Source: an uncultured Nitrospinota bacterium (GTDB taxonomy: Bacteria > Tectomicrobia > Entotheonellia > J063 > CAVPRW01). Taken from it: a stretch of 64,000 bases of DNA. The notes under the pieces were generated by a model. It was not told where the DNA came from. It made no database searches and saw nothing but the letters and a program-made list of their open reading frames with translations. Below, piece after piece: positions 20,210-31,147 of this stretch. Made by a program: the position numbers and the translations under genes. The stretch spans positions 96,001 through 160,000 of the forward strand of contig CAVPRW010000014.1 in NCBI GenBank assembly GCA_963707985.1, written 5' to 3'. Position 1 is the stretch's first letter; each line of letters begins with the position of its first letter.

Positions 20210-21994
20210 ATGCGTTCGCGTCACGATTTGCGGAATTTAGCGATTATCGCGCACGTCGATCACGGCAAGACCACCCTGGTCGATGCCATGCTCTGGCAGA
20301 GTGGTGTGTTTCGAGTCAACGAGCAGGTCGCCGAGCGGGTGATGGACAGCATGGATCTCGAGCGCGAAAAGGGCATCACCATCATGGCCAAGAACACAGC
20401 CGTGACCTATAAGGGCGTAAAAATCAATATCGTCGATACTCCTGGGCACGCCGATTTCGGAGGGGAGGTCGAGCGCACCTTGAATATGGTGGACGGCGTC
20501 ATGCTCCTGGTCGACGCCACGGAGGGACCGCTGCCCCAGACCCGATTCGTCCTGGGCAAAGCGCTAGCCAGAGGTCTACCGCCGATCGTGGTGATTAATA
20601 AGATTGACCGCGCCGACCGCCGGATCAGCGAGGTCCTGGATGAGATCTATGACCTGTTTATCGATCTTGAGGCACCCGAACACCAGCTCGATTTTCCCGT
20701 CCTGTATACGAACGCCAAGGCCGGGATCGCCCTCACCGATCCGGATGGACAGGGGAAAGATCTGGGGCCGCTGTTTGAGACCATCCTGTCTGCCATTCCA
20801 GCCCCATCCTGGGATCCGCAAGCCCCTTTGCAATTCCTGGTGACAAACCTGGATTACAATGACTATGTTGGTCGTCTCGCCGTCGGCAAACTCGTGAACG
20901 GCACCTTACGGCTTGGGCAAGAGGTGGCGCTCTTGAAACATGGAAAGCTTGACAGCAAAGCCACCCTCAGTCAGGTGTACAGCTATGAGGGGCTGAATCG
21001 GGTGAGTCGGGAAGCCATCGAGGCCGGGGATATCGCCGCGATCGCTGGTATACCTGACGCCTTCATCGGGGATACGGTGGGTGATCTGTCCGATCCCAGG
21101 CCGTTGCCGACGATCATCGTGGAGGATCCGACCCTGTCCATGGTGTTTTCGGTCAACACGTCCCCGATAGCCGGACGGGAGGGCAAGCTTCTCACCTCGC
21201 GCCATATCAAAGATCGCCTCGATAGAGAGCTACTCTACAATGTCAGCATCGGTGTCGAGGAAACCGAGAGCAAAGACGCCTTTCGGGTGAGCGCCAGGGG
21301 CGAGCTCCAGCTCGCAGTGCTGGTGGAGATGATGCGCCGAGAGGGCTTTGAGCTCTCCTTGTCCAAGCCGAAAATCATCACCCGCACGATCGATGGGCAA
21401 TTGATGGAGCCGCTGGAGCTTGCCGTGGTCGATATTCCAGAGACCTATGTCGGTGTTGTGACCGAGAAAATGGGTACCCGCCGCGGTCGCATGTGTAAAA
21501 TGGTCAATCACGGCTCTGGCCGGGTACGGCTGGAGTTCGAAGTCCCTTCCCGCGGTCTGATCGGCTTCCGCGGCCAATTTTTAACCGACACCAGAGGCAC
21601 AGGACTCTTCAATACGATGCTGGTCGGCTTCACGCCCTATGCCGGAACCATCCCGAGCCGGCCGAATGGTGGTCTGGTGGCCGATCGCCCCGGCAAGGCG
21701 GTGTCGTACGCTATCTTTCACCTGCAGCCCAGGGGAACGATCTTCGTGAATCCGGGGGACCCGGTCTATGCCGGCATGATCGTAGGCGAAAATTCCCGTG
21801 GGGATGATCTACGGGTCAATATCACCAAGGAGAAGAAGCAGACCAATATGCGCGCCGCCGGCTCTGACGAAGCCTTACGACTGGTGCCGCCGCGCCAGTT
21901 CAACCTCGAGCAGGCGATGGAGTACCTGAACGATGATGAACTGGTCGAGGTCACACCAACCTCTATCCGACTGCGAAAAATGCAGCTCAAGTGA
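20210..21994 (+). CDS. typA: Translational GTPase TypA/BipA
   Basis: [49 protein letters not shown]. Confidence 0.98.
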   Translation: MRSRHDLRNLAIIAHVDHGKTTLVDAMLWQSGVFRVNEQVAERVMDSMDLEREKGITIMAKNTAVTYKGVKINIVDTPGHADFGGEVERTLNMVDGVMLLVDATEGPLPQTRFVLGKALARGLPPIVVINKIDRADRRISEVLDEIYDLFIDLEAPEHQLDFPVLYTNAKAGIALTDPDGQGKDLGPLFETILSAIPAPSWDPQAPLQFLVTNLDYNDYVGRLAVGKLVNGTLRLGQEVALLKHGKLDSKATLSQVYSYEGLNRVSREAIEAGDIAAIAGIPDAFIGDTVGDLSDPRPLPTIIVEDPTLSMVFSVNTSPIAGREGKLLTSRHIKDRLDRELLYNVSIGVEETESKDAFRVSARGELQLAVLVEMMRREGFELSLSKPKIITRTIDGQLMEPLELAVVDIPETYVGVVTEKMGTRRGRMCKMVNHGSGRVRLEFEVPSRGLIGFRGQFLTDTRGTGLFNTMLVGFTPYAGTIPSRPNGGLVADRPGKAVSYAIFHLQPRGTIFVNPGDPVYAGMIVGENSRGDDLRVNITKEKKQTNMRAAGSDEALRLVPPRQFNLEQAMEYLNDDELVEVTPTSIRLRKMQLK

Positions 21995-22032
21995 GGCACA
22001 TTGCCTGTTTGGACGTGAAGGAGAAAGCATCC

Positions 22033-22602
22033 ATGCCGGACCTGCCGATCAGCTATTTTCCAATTATCGAACGCCAGCAGGGCTCGGAGGACTTGCAAAA
22101 ACTCTTCGCCGAGCTGGAGTCGACTCTGGGATTCGTGCCCAACGTCATTCGCGCCTTTGCCTGGCGTGAGCCACGCTTTTGGAAATGGTGGGCGCACCGC
22201 AATGACCTCATGGCGCCGAGTGAGGGGCTGTCGAAGGCTGACCGCGAGATGGTCGCCCTAGTCGTGTCGGCGGCCAACGATTGTCTATATTGCATGACCT
22301 CGCACGGCTACGCTGTACGCGTCCTGCTTGGAGATCCGGTCACTGGCGAGCGTATCACGCTCGACTACCGCCGTGCCGGTCTTGACGCTCGCACGCTGGC
22401 CATGCTCGATTACGCCGTGAAGATCACCAGGTGTCCTGCCGAGTGCTCGCTGGAGGACGTCGAACGCCTCCGGAAACATGGTTTTCATGACGAGGACATC
22501 TGGGATATCGCGGAGATCGCTGCGATGTATAACTATACCAACCGCCTGGCTTCCGCCACCGGCATGCTCCCCAATCCAGAGTATCACGGCCTGGCCCGCT
22601 GA
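22033..22602 (+). CDS. AhpD/CMD-family peroxidase-related enzyme
   Basis: LGFVPN, REMVALVVSAANDCLYCMTSHG, YNYTNRLA. Confidence 0.9.
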   Translation: MPDLPISYFPIIERQQGSEDLQKLFAELESTLGFVPNVIRAFAWREPRFWKWWAHRNDLMAPSEGLSKADREMVALVVSAANDCLYCMTSHGYAVRVLLGDPVTGERITLDYRRAGLDARTLAMLDYAVKITRCPAECSLEDVERLRKHGFHDEDIWDIAEIAAMYNYTNRLASATGMLPNPEYHGLAR

Positions 22603-22699
22603 AGGCCGCTCCCGCGACAGAGTATTTGCCCTGAAGAGGTGAAACGTGCGACATTGCAACCCTGTTCTGTAACCCTGTATCCGCAAAGGAGACTCGTAG

Positions 22700-23317
22700 A
22701 TGCAAATCGACCCGCAGACCGCGCCCCAGCAATCGATCTACAAACTGCTCATAGGCTGTGTGGTACCTCGTCCGATTGCCTGGGTGTCGAGCCTCAGCGA
22801 CGATGGCATTGCCAATCTGGCACCGTTCAGCTTCTTCATGGCCGTCTGCAATGATCCCCCGACCGTGGCCTTTTCCTCGGGCCGTCGGGCTGGAAACAAG
22901 AAGGACACGATACAAAACATCGAGCACACGCAGGATTTCGTGGTGAACCTGGTCGATGACGCGCTGGCGGAGCAGATGAACCTCACTTCCGGTGAGTATC
23001 CCCCGGAAGTCGATGAATTTGCCGTCACCGGGCTGACAGCGGCTGCCAGCATCAAGGTCAGGGCGCCGCGCGTGGCCGAAGCGCCCATCAACATGGAGTG
23101 TCGGGTGGTGCAGATTCTCCCTGTCGGGCATGGCCCACATACGCTGGTGTTGGGTGAGATCGTGCAATTTCATATCCGCGACGATCTGTATAACCCGGAT
23201 ACCGGTCGTATCGACATGTACAACCTGCATCCCGTTGGGCGACTGGCTGGCGAGTTGTACACCCATGTGCATGATATCTTCGAGATGAAGCGCCCGGTGG
23301 AAAATTATCGAGGCTGA
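22700..23317 (+). CDS. Flavin reductase family protein
   Basis: VVPRPIAWVS, NLAPFSFF, KKDT..NI, VGRLAG. Confidence 0.92.
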   Translation: MQIDPQTAPQQSIYKLLIGCVVPRPIAWVSSLSDDGIANLAPFSFFMAVCNDPPTVAFSSGRRAGNKKDTIQNIEHTQDFVVNLVDDALAEQMNLTSGEYPPEVDEFAVTGLTAAASIKVRAPRVAEAPINMECRVVQILPVGHGPHTLVLGEIVQFHIRDDLYNPDTGRIDMYNLHPVGRLAGELYTHVHDIFEMKRPVENYRG

Positions 23318-23520
23318 GGGGGAAGCTCACAGAGTAGATGGAGCTATGCAGCCCGATCGCAACAATGTCTGAGGGGCGCATCTGGTGAGGAGTGTCATGG
23401 AAACTGGCGTCACTCCTGCCGGCCTATCCTACGGCTGCCCGCGGATATGGACCTGCAGGAGTGACGCCAGTTCTGATCACGTCGCTATCCAAGGCGACGC
23501 AGACCCGATATGGGGGCCAT

Positions 23521-25116
23521 CTAGTGTGTCCTGCGACGGCTCAGGGTGTCCTTAGGATTCTTGGGCTTCTTGAGCTTGTCGTTCAGATAATCCTCCATGA
23601 TCTGCTGTCGTTCCGGAAGGAACGTATCGAGCAGCGCGGGCGAAATCCTGAAGCGCTCCTGGTTGTCGACGACCTCCACAGCACGCTCTGTCACATGCGT
23701 AAACCCGAGTGATGGCGGCCAGGTGAAGCCGCCTCCGATAGCCATGTTGTTGAGCAGCTGATGGCAACCGGCGCATGATTGGGTTTCCGCTCGCAAGACG
23801 ATCTCGTCGGGTGTCAGCTTGCTGTCAAGATCGTTGAGCTCGGCTTGGATGGCGCTCCTAAAAGGTGTCGGCGTAGGGGGCATCAGGGACGTAAAATGAA
23901 GCAAGTAGTTATTCTCCTGTGACCCAGAGGCCTGGCTCTGACCAGTGTTGTAGGCATCCGGAACGTCGAACCGAATGTCACTCGGATCTTCGGCTGCGAG
24001 ACCTTTGCGAGATTCATTGACCTCATCTTTGTTAATCTGCAGCTGCGTCACGAAGTCCTCCTGATATCGTACTGCCTTGGGGTGAACCCGGCTGGGGTCG
24101 GGAATGTGCAGAGGCCCGAACGGATTCACTTTATTCGTGACCGGGATGAACTGCATGGCGGTACAACCCGTGCGGTTGCAGGTCCGGATAAGCTTGAATT
24201 CACGCAGGGACCAGATGGCAGTTTCGGGCTGCATGAATTGATTCGTCCGCACTTGCCCCGCCTGCTGAAAATTGTCACCGTAGTGACCTACATGGACGAC
24301 CGGTTCGACGTTTCCAAGCCCCTTGAAATAGAGCTTCTCCAGCTCATTGGCGCGCTTCTGGACATCGTCTTCCTTGGAAAGCTTAGCCCAGAAGTCGATG
24401 ATTTTTTTGCATCCAGCCAGTCCTTGATCCGGCTGCGGATTAGGCAGGATTGCCTCAAAAATGAGCAAATTTCTTTCCCGTCCATTATCGATACCGGATC
24501 GTTTCGCATACACGATCCGATACTCTCCACAGTGCGCTCCTCCAGACGGTGCCAGATCAAAGCGGTTGAAGAGGCCAATGGGGATGTACGCATCAGGATT
24601 GGTGTCGGGATCTTCAAAGGGATTGGCAGTTATCTGTCCACCTTCGGCTGGGTCGGGTCGACAAGTGTAGGGATAATCATTCAACATGGGATTTCCACCA
24701 CCGTCGACCTGGTCAGTACAGTGCGGACCCATCCCGAGGCTCGGATGAGGATTTTGGGTGTCCCACCACTGGTGGAATAGATCCAGCGGTGTCAGTCGAT
24801 GAACCCCACTTTGCTCCACGAGCTGACGCATCACTCTGGCGAAGGAAAAGCGGGACAGGATTGCCTTCTCGGTCACAACAAGCGAGCGCCGCGGCTCGAT
24901 CGTCACCCGTTTCTCTCCCTGTGCTGCATGACCGTTTTCCCCGGCGTACAGGATGGTCGCACATAATAGCGTCAAGACTAGCGGGCCTACCCGAGTTCCC
25001 CTAGCCGCCGTGAGATCTGTTATCGCAGGCATCGTCCATCTTGGAATGGCTACGAACAGTCGCTGCGCGAACAGGACGGCACGTGATCCGATGCTGAACA
25101 GCTTGCTCAGTCGCAT
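23521..25116 (-). CDS. Exported hypothetical protein with a C-terminal CxxCH motif
   Basis: GAAGGAG RBS before ATG 25116; hydrophobic leader; SCAGCHQ near the C-terminus. Confidence 0.7.
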   Translation of the reverse strand: MRLSKLFSIGSRAVLFAQRLFVAIPRWTMPAITDLTAARGTRVGPLVLTLLCATILYAGENGHAAQGEKRVTIEPRRSLVVTEKAILSRFSFARVMRQLVEQSGVHRLTPLDLFHQWWDTQNPHPSLGMGPHCTDQVDGGGNPMLNDYPYTCRPDPAEGGQITANPFEDPDTNPDAYIPIGLFNRFDLAPSGGAHCGEYRIVYAKRSGIDNGRERNLLIFEAILPNPQPDQGLAGCKKIIDFWAKLSKEDDVQKRANELEKLYFKGLGNVEPVVHVGHYGDNFQQAGQVRTNQFMQPETAIWSLREFKLIRTCNRTGCTAMQFIPVTNKVNPFGPLHIPDPSRVHPKAVRYQEDFVTQLQINKDEVNESRKGLAAEDPSDIRFDVPDAYNTGQSQASGSQENNYLLHFTSLMPPTPTPFRSAIQAELNDLDSKLTPDEIVLRAETQSCAGCHQLLNNMAIGGGFTWPPSLGFTHVTERAVEVVDNQERFRISPALLDTFLPERQQIMEDYLNDKLKKPKNPKDTLSRRRTH

Positions 25117-26127
25117 GACTTGACTCCTTCTCTCCTCTGTCGCGAGGGCACACGAATGCCCGCTGTTGACAGAGATGGAATGTGTGAGCGCAGAGAGGAG
25201 AAGGAGCCAAGAGGAACCCTTGCAAAAGGCCACCACGAGGGTTTATTTTATAAAAGAGGGGCTCGCGGTTGGTAGTATCCATCTTCAACCCGATGGTGTG
25301 GCGCACCGAAAGCTCGGGTGTGGATGGCCGCTCAGCCCCTTCTCCACCAGGGTATAAGCTATATAGAGTGTGCTCCAGGTCACGAGCCTCGCGTGTTAGC
25401 TCATCGTCACCTCCTTGGGGATCCCCTTACCCCTCGACATCTGCCGCCCCTTAAAGCACGGTTGGGTGCGAAGTCCCACCGGTCAGAAACACCGTGTGTG
25501 CCCCATAGGCCTGCCATACCAGCGTAAGCCTTTAGGGCATCGACTGGGTATGGGGGGACAGCCATGCTCTTAGGCAGCTAAGTCGGTCAGACAAGTTCCT
25601 TCGGGTGATCTTGCGAAAGTCAGAGCCCCCTCGTGCTGAGAGGGGTAGAGGATGGATCAGCAGTTGGGCCGCACCAGGCACCGAGACCGGGCGGGGGGAA
25701 CAGGCAGGGCCGGATAATCTAGGAACGAATGAGGACTTTCCGTCCTCTTCCTCATGAGCCTAATCCTTATCGGCAACAGCACCATCGTAGTCAGGAGCCC
25801 ATCGAGGACATCAGCCTGAGCGATAGGCAGTGAAAATTCAGGGCAAGTGTAACGGCCCAGACCCTTGCTGTCAACGGGAATGTTGCAGAGCCAAGAGAAA
25901 GATCACGAACATTGGAGCTGCGGCAGAAAGTGGTGGAAGGCCGCAGCCGACCAGCCGGGGAAGCCGGCAAGGACTCTTAGAAGAAGTTCCTGGACGTTAG
26001 AACCTTTTCCTGCTATGTCTCATTGGCTGTGGGAACGCAGACGTACTTGCCGCGTGACTGTTGTCATACTCGGGTAATTATCTGTTCGACCATTACCGCC
26101 GCTTCAGACTAGAGGGGGACCAAATCT

Positions 26128-26748
26128 ATGTCTACCGCCGAACGACTGACCATGCCACTTGGCGAAGCCATCTTTTCACTAAGGGCTATTCGACGTCTGA
26201 AGCCCGATCCAATTCCTGATGCTGACCTACGAGATATCTTGGAAGCCGCCATCCGCGCCCCAAATGGCGGCAACACGCAACCCTGGCACTTTGTCGTGGT
26301 CAAAGATTCTGACATACGGGCGGAACTCGGCTCACTGTATCATGAGGCTTGGTGGGCCAAGCGACGCGATGCGGGGATTCAAAGGCCCGAGGATCTGCCA
26401 CGCAATTATCGCCTGTCTATGCGTCTGGCCGATGAGTTCGGCCAAGTCCCGGTGGTGGTCCTTGTCTGCGCCACGAGCAAAGGGTCTGGTGCCGTGGGAT
26501 CGGTGATTCCAGCCGTGCAGAATCTTTTGCTGGCGGCCCGTGCGCTGGGCGTTGGCGGCACCATTACTACCCTGCATTCCGTGGTGGAAGAACGGGTGCA
26601 TAAACTGTTCGGCATTCCTGCCACCGCCCAGGTGGTCTACTGTATCCCCTTGGGGTACCCGCGAGGACATTTCGGCCCCAACCAGCGTAAACCTCTCACC
26701 GAGGTGTGTTCCTACGATCATTGGGATAAAGAGCCCCCCTGGCGCTAG
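26128..26748 (+). CDS. Nitroreductase family protein
   Basis: RAIRRL, APNGGNTQPWHFVVV, QNLLLAARALGVG, IPLGYP. Confidence 0.92.
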   Translation: MSTAERLTMPLGEAIFSLRAIRRLKPDPIPDADLRDILEAAIRAPNGGNTQPWHFVVVKDSDIRAELGSLYHEAWWAKRRDAGIQRPEDLPRNYRLSMRLADEFGQVPVVVLVCATSKGSGAVGSVIPAVQNLLLAARALGVGGTITTLHSVVEERVHKLFGIPATAQVVYCIPLGYPRGHFGPNQRKPLTEVCSYDHWDKEPPWR

Positions 26749-27011
26749 CACCGGCTATACCTCCTGGACCACTCCCGGCCGAATCCAATCAGGCTAGGGG
26801 AGAAACCGGAAGTTGAGCTATGTTTGGGCCTTGAATCAGCTTGACGGCGATGCAATGTGGGCCGTCACGCCTAGGACGAGCGCGACGGCGCGGCAGCGCG
26901 TACTTTGAACCAAACGTGCGAGCATGGCGTACAATACATGGTCCTGCAGTCAGGTGGTAAGGTCCATCGTGCACACGAGAGCGCCTGTAGAACATGAGAA
27001 GGGAGAAACGC

Positions 27012-27536
27012 ATGCCAAGAGGGGTGTTGAACTTGCAAGACCCAGCTGATCTCCAGGCCACGAAAGGGCAGTGGCGTTTTGCACCAGGTTTGGTCCCTGG
27101 CGAACCAAATGAAGGCTTTGTGTCTCAATTAGCAGGCAGTCCAGCGCGTCTCGTCGATTACGATGACTCTGCTTGGGAAGTCCGGAACGATTTGACACTG
27201 TGGCATTCGAAGGGGTTTACGTTCGCGTGGTACCGCATCAAGGTCACGCTACCGGAGATGGTTGGGGGGAGAGACATCCGCGGGTCACGATGTCTATTTG
27301 AGACCTGCATCGATGACTATGGCGAGATCTGGATCAACGGCGAATGCGACCGCGAGCGTGGTGCCATCCAGGGGTTCAACGTGCCGCAGCGCGTGGTTAT
27401 GACCACCGAATCGCAACCGGGTCAAACTTATACGATTGCCTTGCTGGCTGCGAACGGCCCGTTGGCCGCGCCGGGTGGTGCCGTCTTTGTACGCTATGCG
27501 TTCCTAGCGTTTGAATGGCGCACCCCAGGGTATTAG
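27012..27536 (+). CDS. Hypothetical protein, galactose-binding-like jelly-roll
   Basis: DYDDSAWE, AWYRIKVTLP, IDDYGEIWING resemble GH2 sugar-binding domains. Confidence 0.65.
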   Translation: MPRGVLNLQDPADLQATKGQWRFAPGLVPGEPNEGFVSQLAGSPARLVDYDDSAWEVRNDLTLWHSKGFTFAWYRIKVTLPEMVGGRDIRGSRCLFETCIDDYGEIWINGECDRERGAIQGFNVPQRVVMTTESQPGQTYTIALLAANGPLAAPGGAVFVRYAFLAFEWRTPGY

Positions 27537-27659
27537 CAGGTATAAGGGTGCCAGGCGAACAGGGTCACCATGCAGGTGATGGTTTCCTGCAAGGCCGCTG
27601 AACAAGGGCTTGACCTAGCAATCCCCTCATTCTGCCGACAGTGGCTAATCCAAACATCG

Positions 27660-27694
27660 GCCGTCACCGCTGGCATTCATCGCCACGGTGACGG
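27660..27694. terminator. GC-rich hairpin between convergent genes
   Basis: GCCGTCACCG(C)TGGC ... GCCACGGTGACGGC; no U-tract. Confidence 0.4.
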
Positions 27695-27716
27695 CGGCCG
27701 TTGTCGGACACGGCTG

Positions 27717-28689
27717 TTAGGCATTGCGCGCCAGCGCCGCCGCCTCGCGATACTTGCGGAGATTCCCGCCTTTCATGACTTTGCCCGGCAGGGGGTGTCC
27801 AACCATCCCTTCCGCCATTTTGGCGCAGTCGATCAGTTGGTCTAGATCGATGCCGGTCTCGATGCCCATCTCCTGGCACATAAACACGATGTCCTCGGAG
27901 CACACGTTTCCTGACGCCCCGGCATGGCCGGCAAATGGACAGCCACCCAGCCCGCCGACGCAGGCATCGAAGCTGTCGATGCCCATCTGCAGGCCAGCAT
28001 AGACGTTCGCCAAGCCGGTGCCGCGGGTATCGTGCAGATGCAGGGAGAAGTGTACTTCGGGCCAGCGTGCCTGCACTGCCCCGAGGACGCGTTTGATCTG
28101 CTCCGGGTTCGCCCAGCCCATGGTGTCGGCTAAGCTCACCTCTTGGAGCTGGAAGTCATAGGCTTTGGACAGATCCTCAAAGACCTGCACTAGACTCATG
28201 ACCCGATCCAACGGTATATCCCCCTCGAAGTTGCAGCCGAAGGCGGCCATGATGCCCCCCCCTTCGATCGGCACATCATTGTCTTTAAAAATCTTGATCC
28301 AGTTGGGCAGCATGTTGATGTTTTCTTGGATCGTTTTGTTGATATTGCGCTTGCAAAATGCATCGCTGGCCGTCAGGCTGAGGCGCCCCTTGACGTGAAA
28401 CTTTTTCAGTCGCCAGGGCCCGCAGCAGGCCCTTCTCGTTCAGATAGAGGGCAGTATAGCGTACGTCTGGGTTGGGAGTGAAGCTCGCCGCGATATCCTC
28501 GGCATCCGCCATTTGGGGCACCAGGTCTGGACGCACGAATGAGGTGACCTGCATCTCTTTGAGGCCCGTCGCCGACAGCGCCTCGATGAACTTGAGCTTG
28601 GTCTCCGTCGGAATGAATGTCTTCTCGATCTGCAGACCATCGCGGGGACCTTCTTCGTGCACTTCAACAAATTTCGGTAAGTCAGGCAT
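27717..28689 (-). CDS. HMG-CoA lyase family protein (frameshift in A-run near 28404)
   Basis: EEGPRDGLQ, LADTMG, LHLHDTRG, GGLGGCPFA, GNV. Confidence 0.9.
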
Positions 28690-28867
28690 GATAGACTCCT
28701 TGACATGTGGCTATGCATGCGTCAGCCTGTTGCACAGGCATTCAGGATCAAGAAATTATGACAAACCGCCTTGAAGCATCACACTACAGATCCGCACAGA
28801 CGAACGCAGACTCTACGTGTGTATCCGTGCCCATCTGTGGTTCCGCCCAACTCTCAGCATTGAGGCG

Positions 28868-29356
28868 TCACTCCTGCGGTGCAACGAATGGGTAGGGCAC
28901 CGGCCGTCCGCCGCGCAACGGCAGGACGACGACAGCGGTGCCTGGCGTCGTTTCCTGATCGTCCTGGTTGCGCATACCGATGTCACATTCGATAAATCCG
29001 AGGCCATCACGGACGTACTTGTCGGTGATCTGGCCCCAGCAAGTTAGCGTGGCCCCGACGGGGTCCAGGGCGCGAAATTGATAGCGGACCTTCCACAGCC
29101 ACCCCCCTACACCACACCAATCCTTCAGCATTTGCACCAGGACTTGCTGCTTCCAGGAGCCTGCCACGATCACATCCGGTAGTTTATCATGTTCGACGGC
29201 ATAGGGGCGATCATAGTGAATGCGGTGCCAGTTCTCGATCGCCGCCGACCAGCGCATGAGATGCAACGTGGTCATCGGCCCCTTCACCAGCGGCGTGATC
29301 TCCTGGCCGACCTCAACATCCTCGTAGGAGAGTTGTTTCTGCGCCTCGGCCGGCAT
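28868..29356 (-). CDS. MaoC-like dehydratase, catalytic-type subunit
   Basis: YEDVEVGQEI, NWHRIHYD..YA, hotdog-fold pattern. Confidence 0.85.
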   Translation of the reverse strand: MPAEAQKQLSYEDVEVGQEITPLVKGPMTTLHLMRWSAAIENWHRIHYDRPYAVEHDKLPDVIVAGSWKQQVLVQMLKDWCGVGGWLWKVRYQFRALDPVGATLTCWGQITDKYVRDGLGFIECDIGMRNQDDQETTPGTAVVVLPLRGGRPVPYPFVAPQE

Positions 29357-29373
29357 CGGCACTCCTCCTTTCG

Positions 29374-29907
29374 TTAGCGCCGAATCAGCGTCAAGCGGCT
29401 GATCATCAGCAGCTCATCGTGCTGATTGGTGTAACGCGTCTCGACCACGATGAACACCATCGTGCCACTGCGTCCAGTCTTCTCGTAGATATCCAGATAC
29501 TTGGCGCGCGCCGTGATGCGGTCGCCAAGCTTGGGTAATTGGTAGAACTCCACCTCATTGCCGCCGTTGAGCAGGCGGGGTAGCATGGGCAGGGAAACAG
29601 GCGGCAGGCCTGAGGTCAGCAACCCCATGAAGCCGTCGAAATCGGGGTCGGTAGCGGCGGTAGCCAGCGGATCAGGGGAGCCAGGCGAGCTGCGATAAGC
29701 GAACAGCGGGAACAGCGGCGGCGCGACGACAGCGCCGTAGCGCGTATTCTTGACGTGGGTATCGTTCCAGAAGATCGGATCGTCGTCCATCACAGCTTGT
29801 GCGAAACGTCTGACCTCACTGCGTTCAACCGGCTCCCACGAGATCTGGGGCTCTCCTTCCAGGCCGATCAGCGCCTTGATCTCTGGAGTGATGTAGCTGT
29901 TGTCCAT
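29374..29907 (-). CDS. MaoC dehydratase N-terminal-type subunit
   Basis: VRRFAQAVMDDDP, VVAPP, LLNGGNEVEF, GRSGTMVF. Confidence 0.85.
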   Translation of the reverse strand: MDNSYITPEIKALIGLEGEPQISWEPVERSEVRRFAQAVMDDDPIFWNDTHVKNTRYGAVVAPPLFPLFAYRSSPGSPDPLATAATDPDFDGFMGLLTSGLPPVSLPMLPRLLNGGNEVEFYQLPKLGDRITARAKYLDIYEKTGRSGTMVFIVVETRYTNQHDELLMISRLTLIRR

Positions 29908-29917
29908 CGGGCCTCCT

Positions 29918-31145
29918 TCACTCAAATACACCGTCGCGTTCTAACGCCTCATACTCCGCGTCTGAGAGTCCCAGCAGGCCTTTGAACACATAGGCGTTAT
30001 GCTGGCCAAGCGTTGGCACCGGGCGGAGCTGCGCTGGGCTGTTGCTCAGGTGAAACGCCGGCGCGTCGTAGCGTTGCACCCCGACCTCCGGGTGATCGAG
30101 CCACACCGACTGGCCGCGGTGCTCGAGCTGCGGGTCGTGCGCCAGGTCTGCAGCGTTTTGCACCACACCGGCGGCGATACCGGCGGCCTGTAAGCGAGCC
30201 ATGAGGTCTTCAGCGGAGTATTGCGAGGTCCAGGTGTCGACCAGGGCATTCAAGGCGTCGCGGTGTTGCACCCGCCTGAGCGCCGTCGCGAAACGGGCCT
30301 CTTGGGTCCAGGGTGGATGGCCGAGGACGTCGCAGAAGCGTCGCCACTCTTGATCATTGGAGACCGTGATGGCACACCACCGATTTACGCCCTGACAGCG
30401 ATAGACGCCGTGTGGGGCGGCCGCGGGAAGGTCACCCACCATGTGCTCATTGCCGGCACGCATCTGGACGCGGCCATTCACCGTGTAATCGAGGATGGCC
30501 GTGTCCAGACAGTTGACGCCTACTTCCAGGTTGGACACGTCGATGTATTGCCCCTGGCCGGTACGCTGGCGATAATCCAAGGCGGCAAGGAGCGCGACCA
30601 GCCCGAACCATGGTGTCGTCCAGTCGGTGTAGGCCACGCCTGGGATCGCTGGCGGTCGGTCGGGCCATCCGGTCAGATAGGCGAGCCCGGCCGCGGCCTG
30701 CAGCACCGTACCAAAACCTAGGGCATGCGCGATGCGGGCCGCTGCGTCCTTCCATCGATAGGCTGATCATCACCAGATCGGGCTTGACCTGGCGCAGATC
30801 CTCATAGGTCATGCGCCACTGTTCCATGACATGCGAGGTAAAGTTCTCCGCCACCACATCGGCTGTGGCGATCAACCGACAGGCTAACGCCCGTCCCTGG
30901 GGGTGATTGAGGTTCAGTGTCACGTGCGATTTGCTGGTGTTCAAATTCAGAAATTGGCCGCTACGCTCGATGCCGGGCGTGTCCTCAACGAAGGGCGGAG
31001 CCAAGCGAAAGCTGTCCAGGTGCGTCCGCGACTCGATGCGGATGACTTCAGCCCCGAAATCGGCCAGGTACTTGGTCAGCAGAGGGCCGACCCCCACCCA
31101 GGTGAAATCGATGACACGCAGCCCCGCTAACGCCTGACCCTGCAT
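29918..31145 (-). CDS. Class III CoA-transferase (CaiB/BaiF), frameshift near 30725
   Basis: LAGLRVIDFTW, ADFGAEVIRIE, ENF, PTLGQHN. Confidence 0.88.
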
Positions 31146-31147
31146 GC

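Noticed and set aside
28785..28845. CACAGA(T/C)...ATCTGTGG imperfect palindrome as an ncRNA
   Set aside because: Looks like a degenerate extragenic repeat; single copy here with no further support
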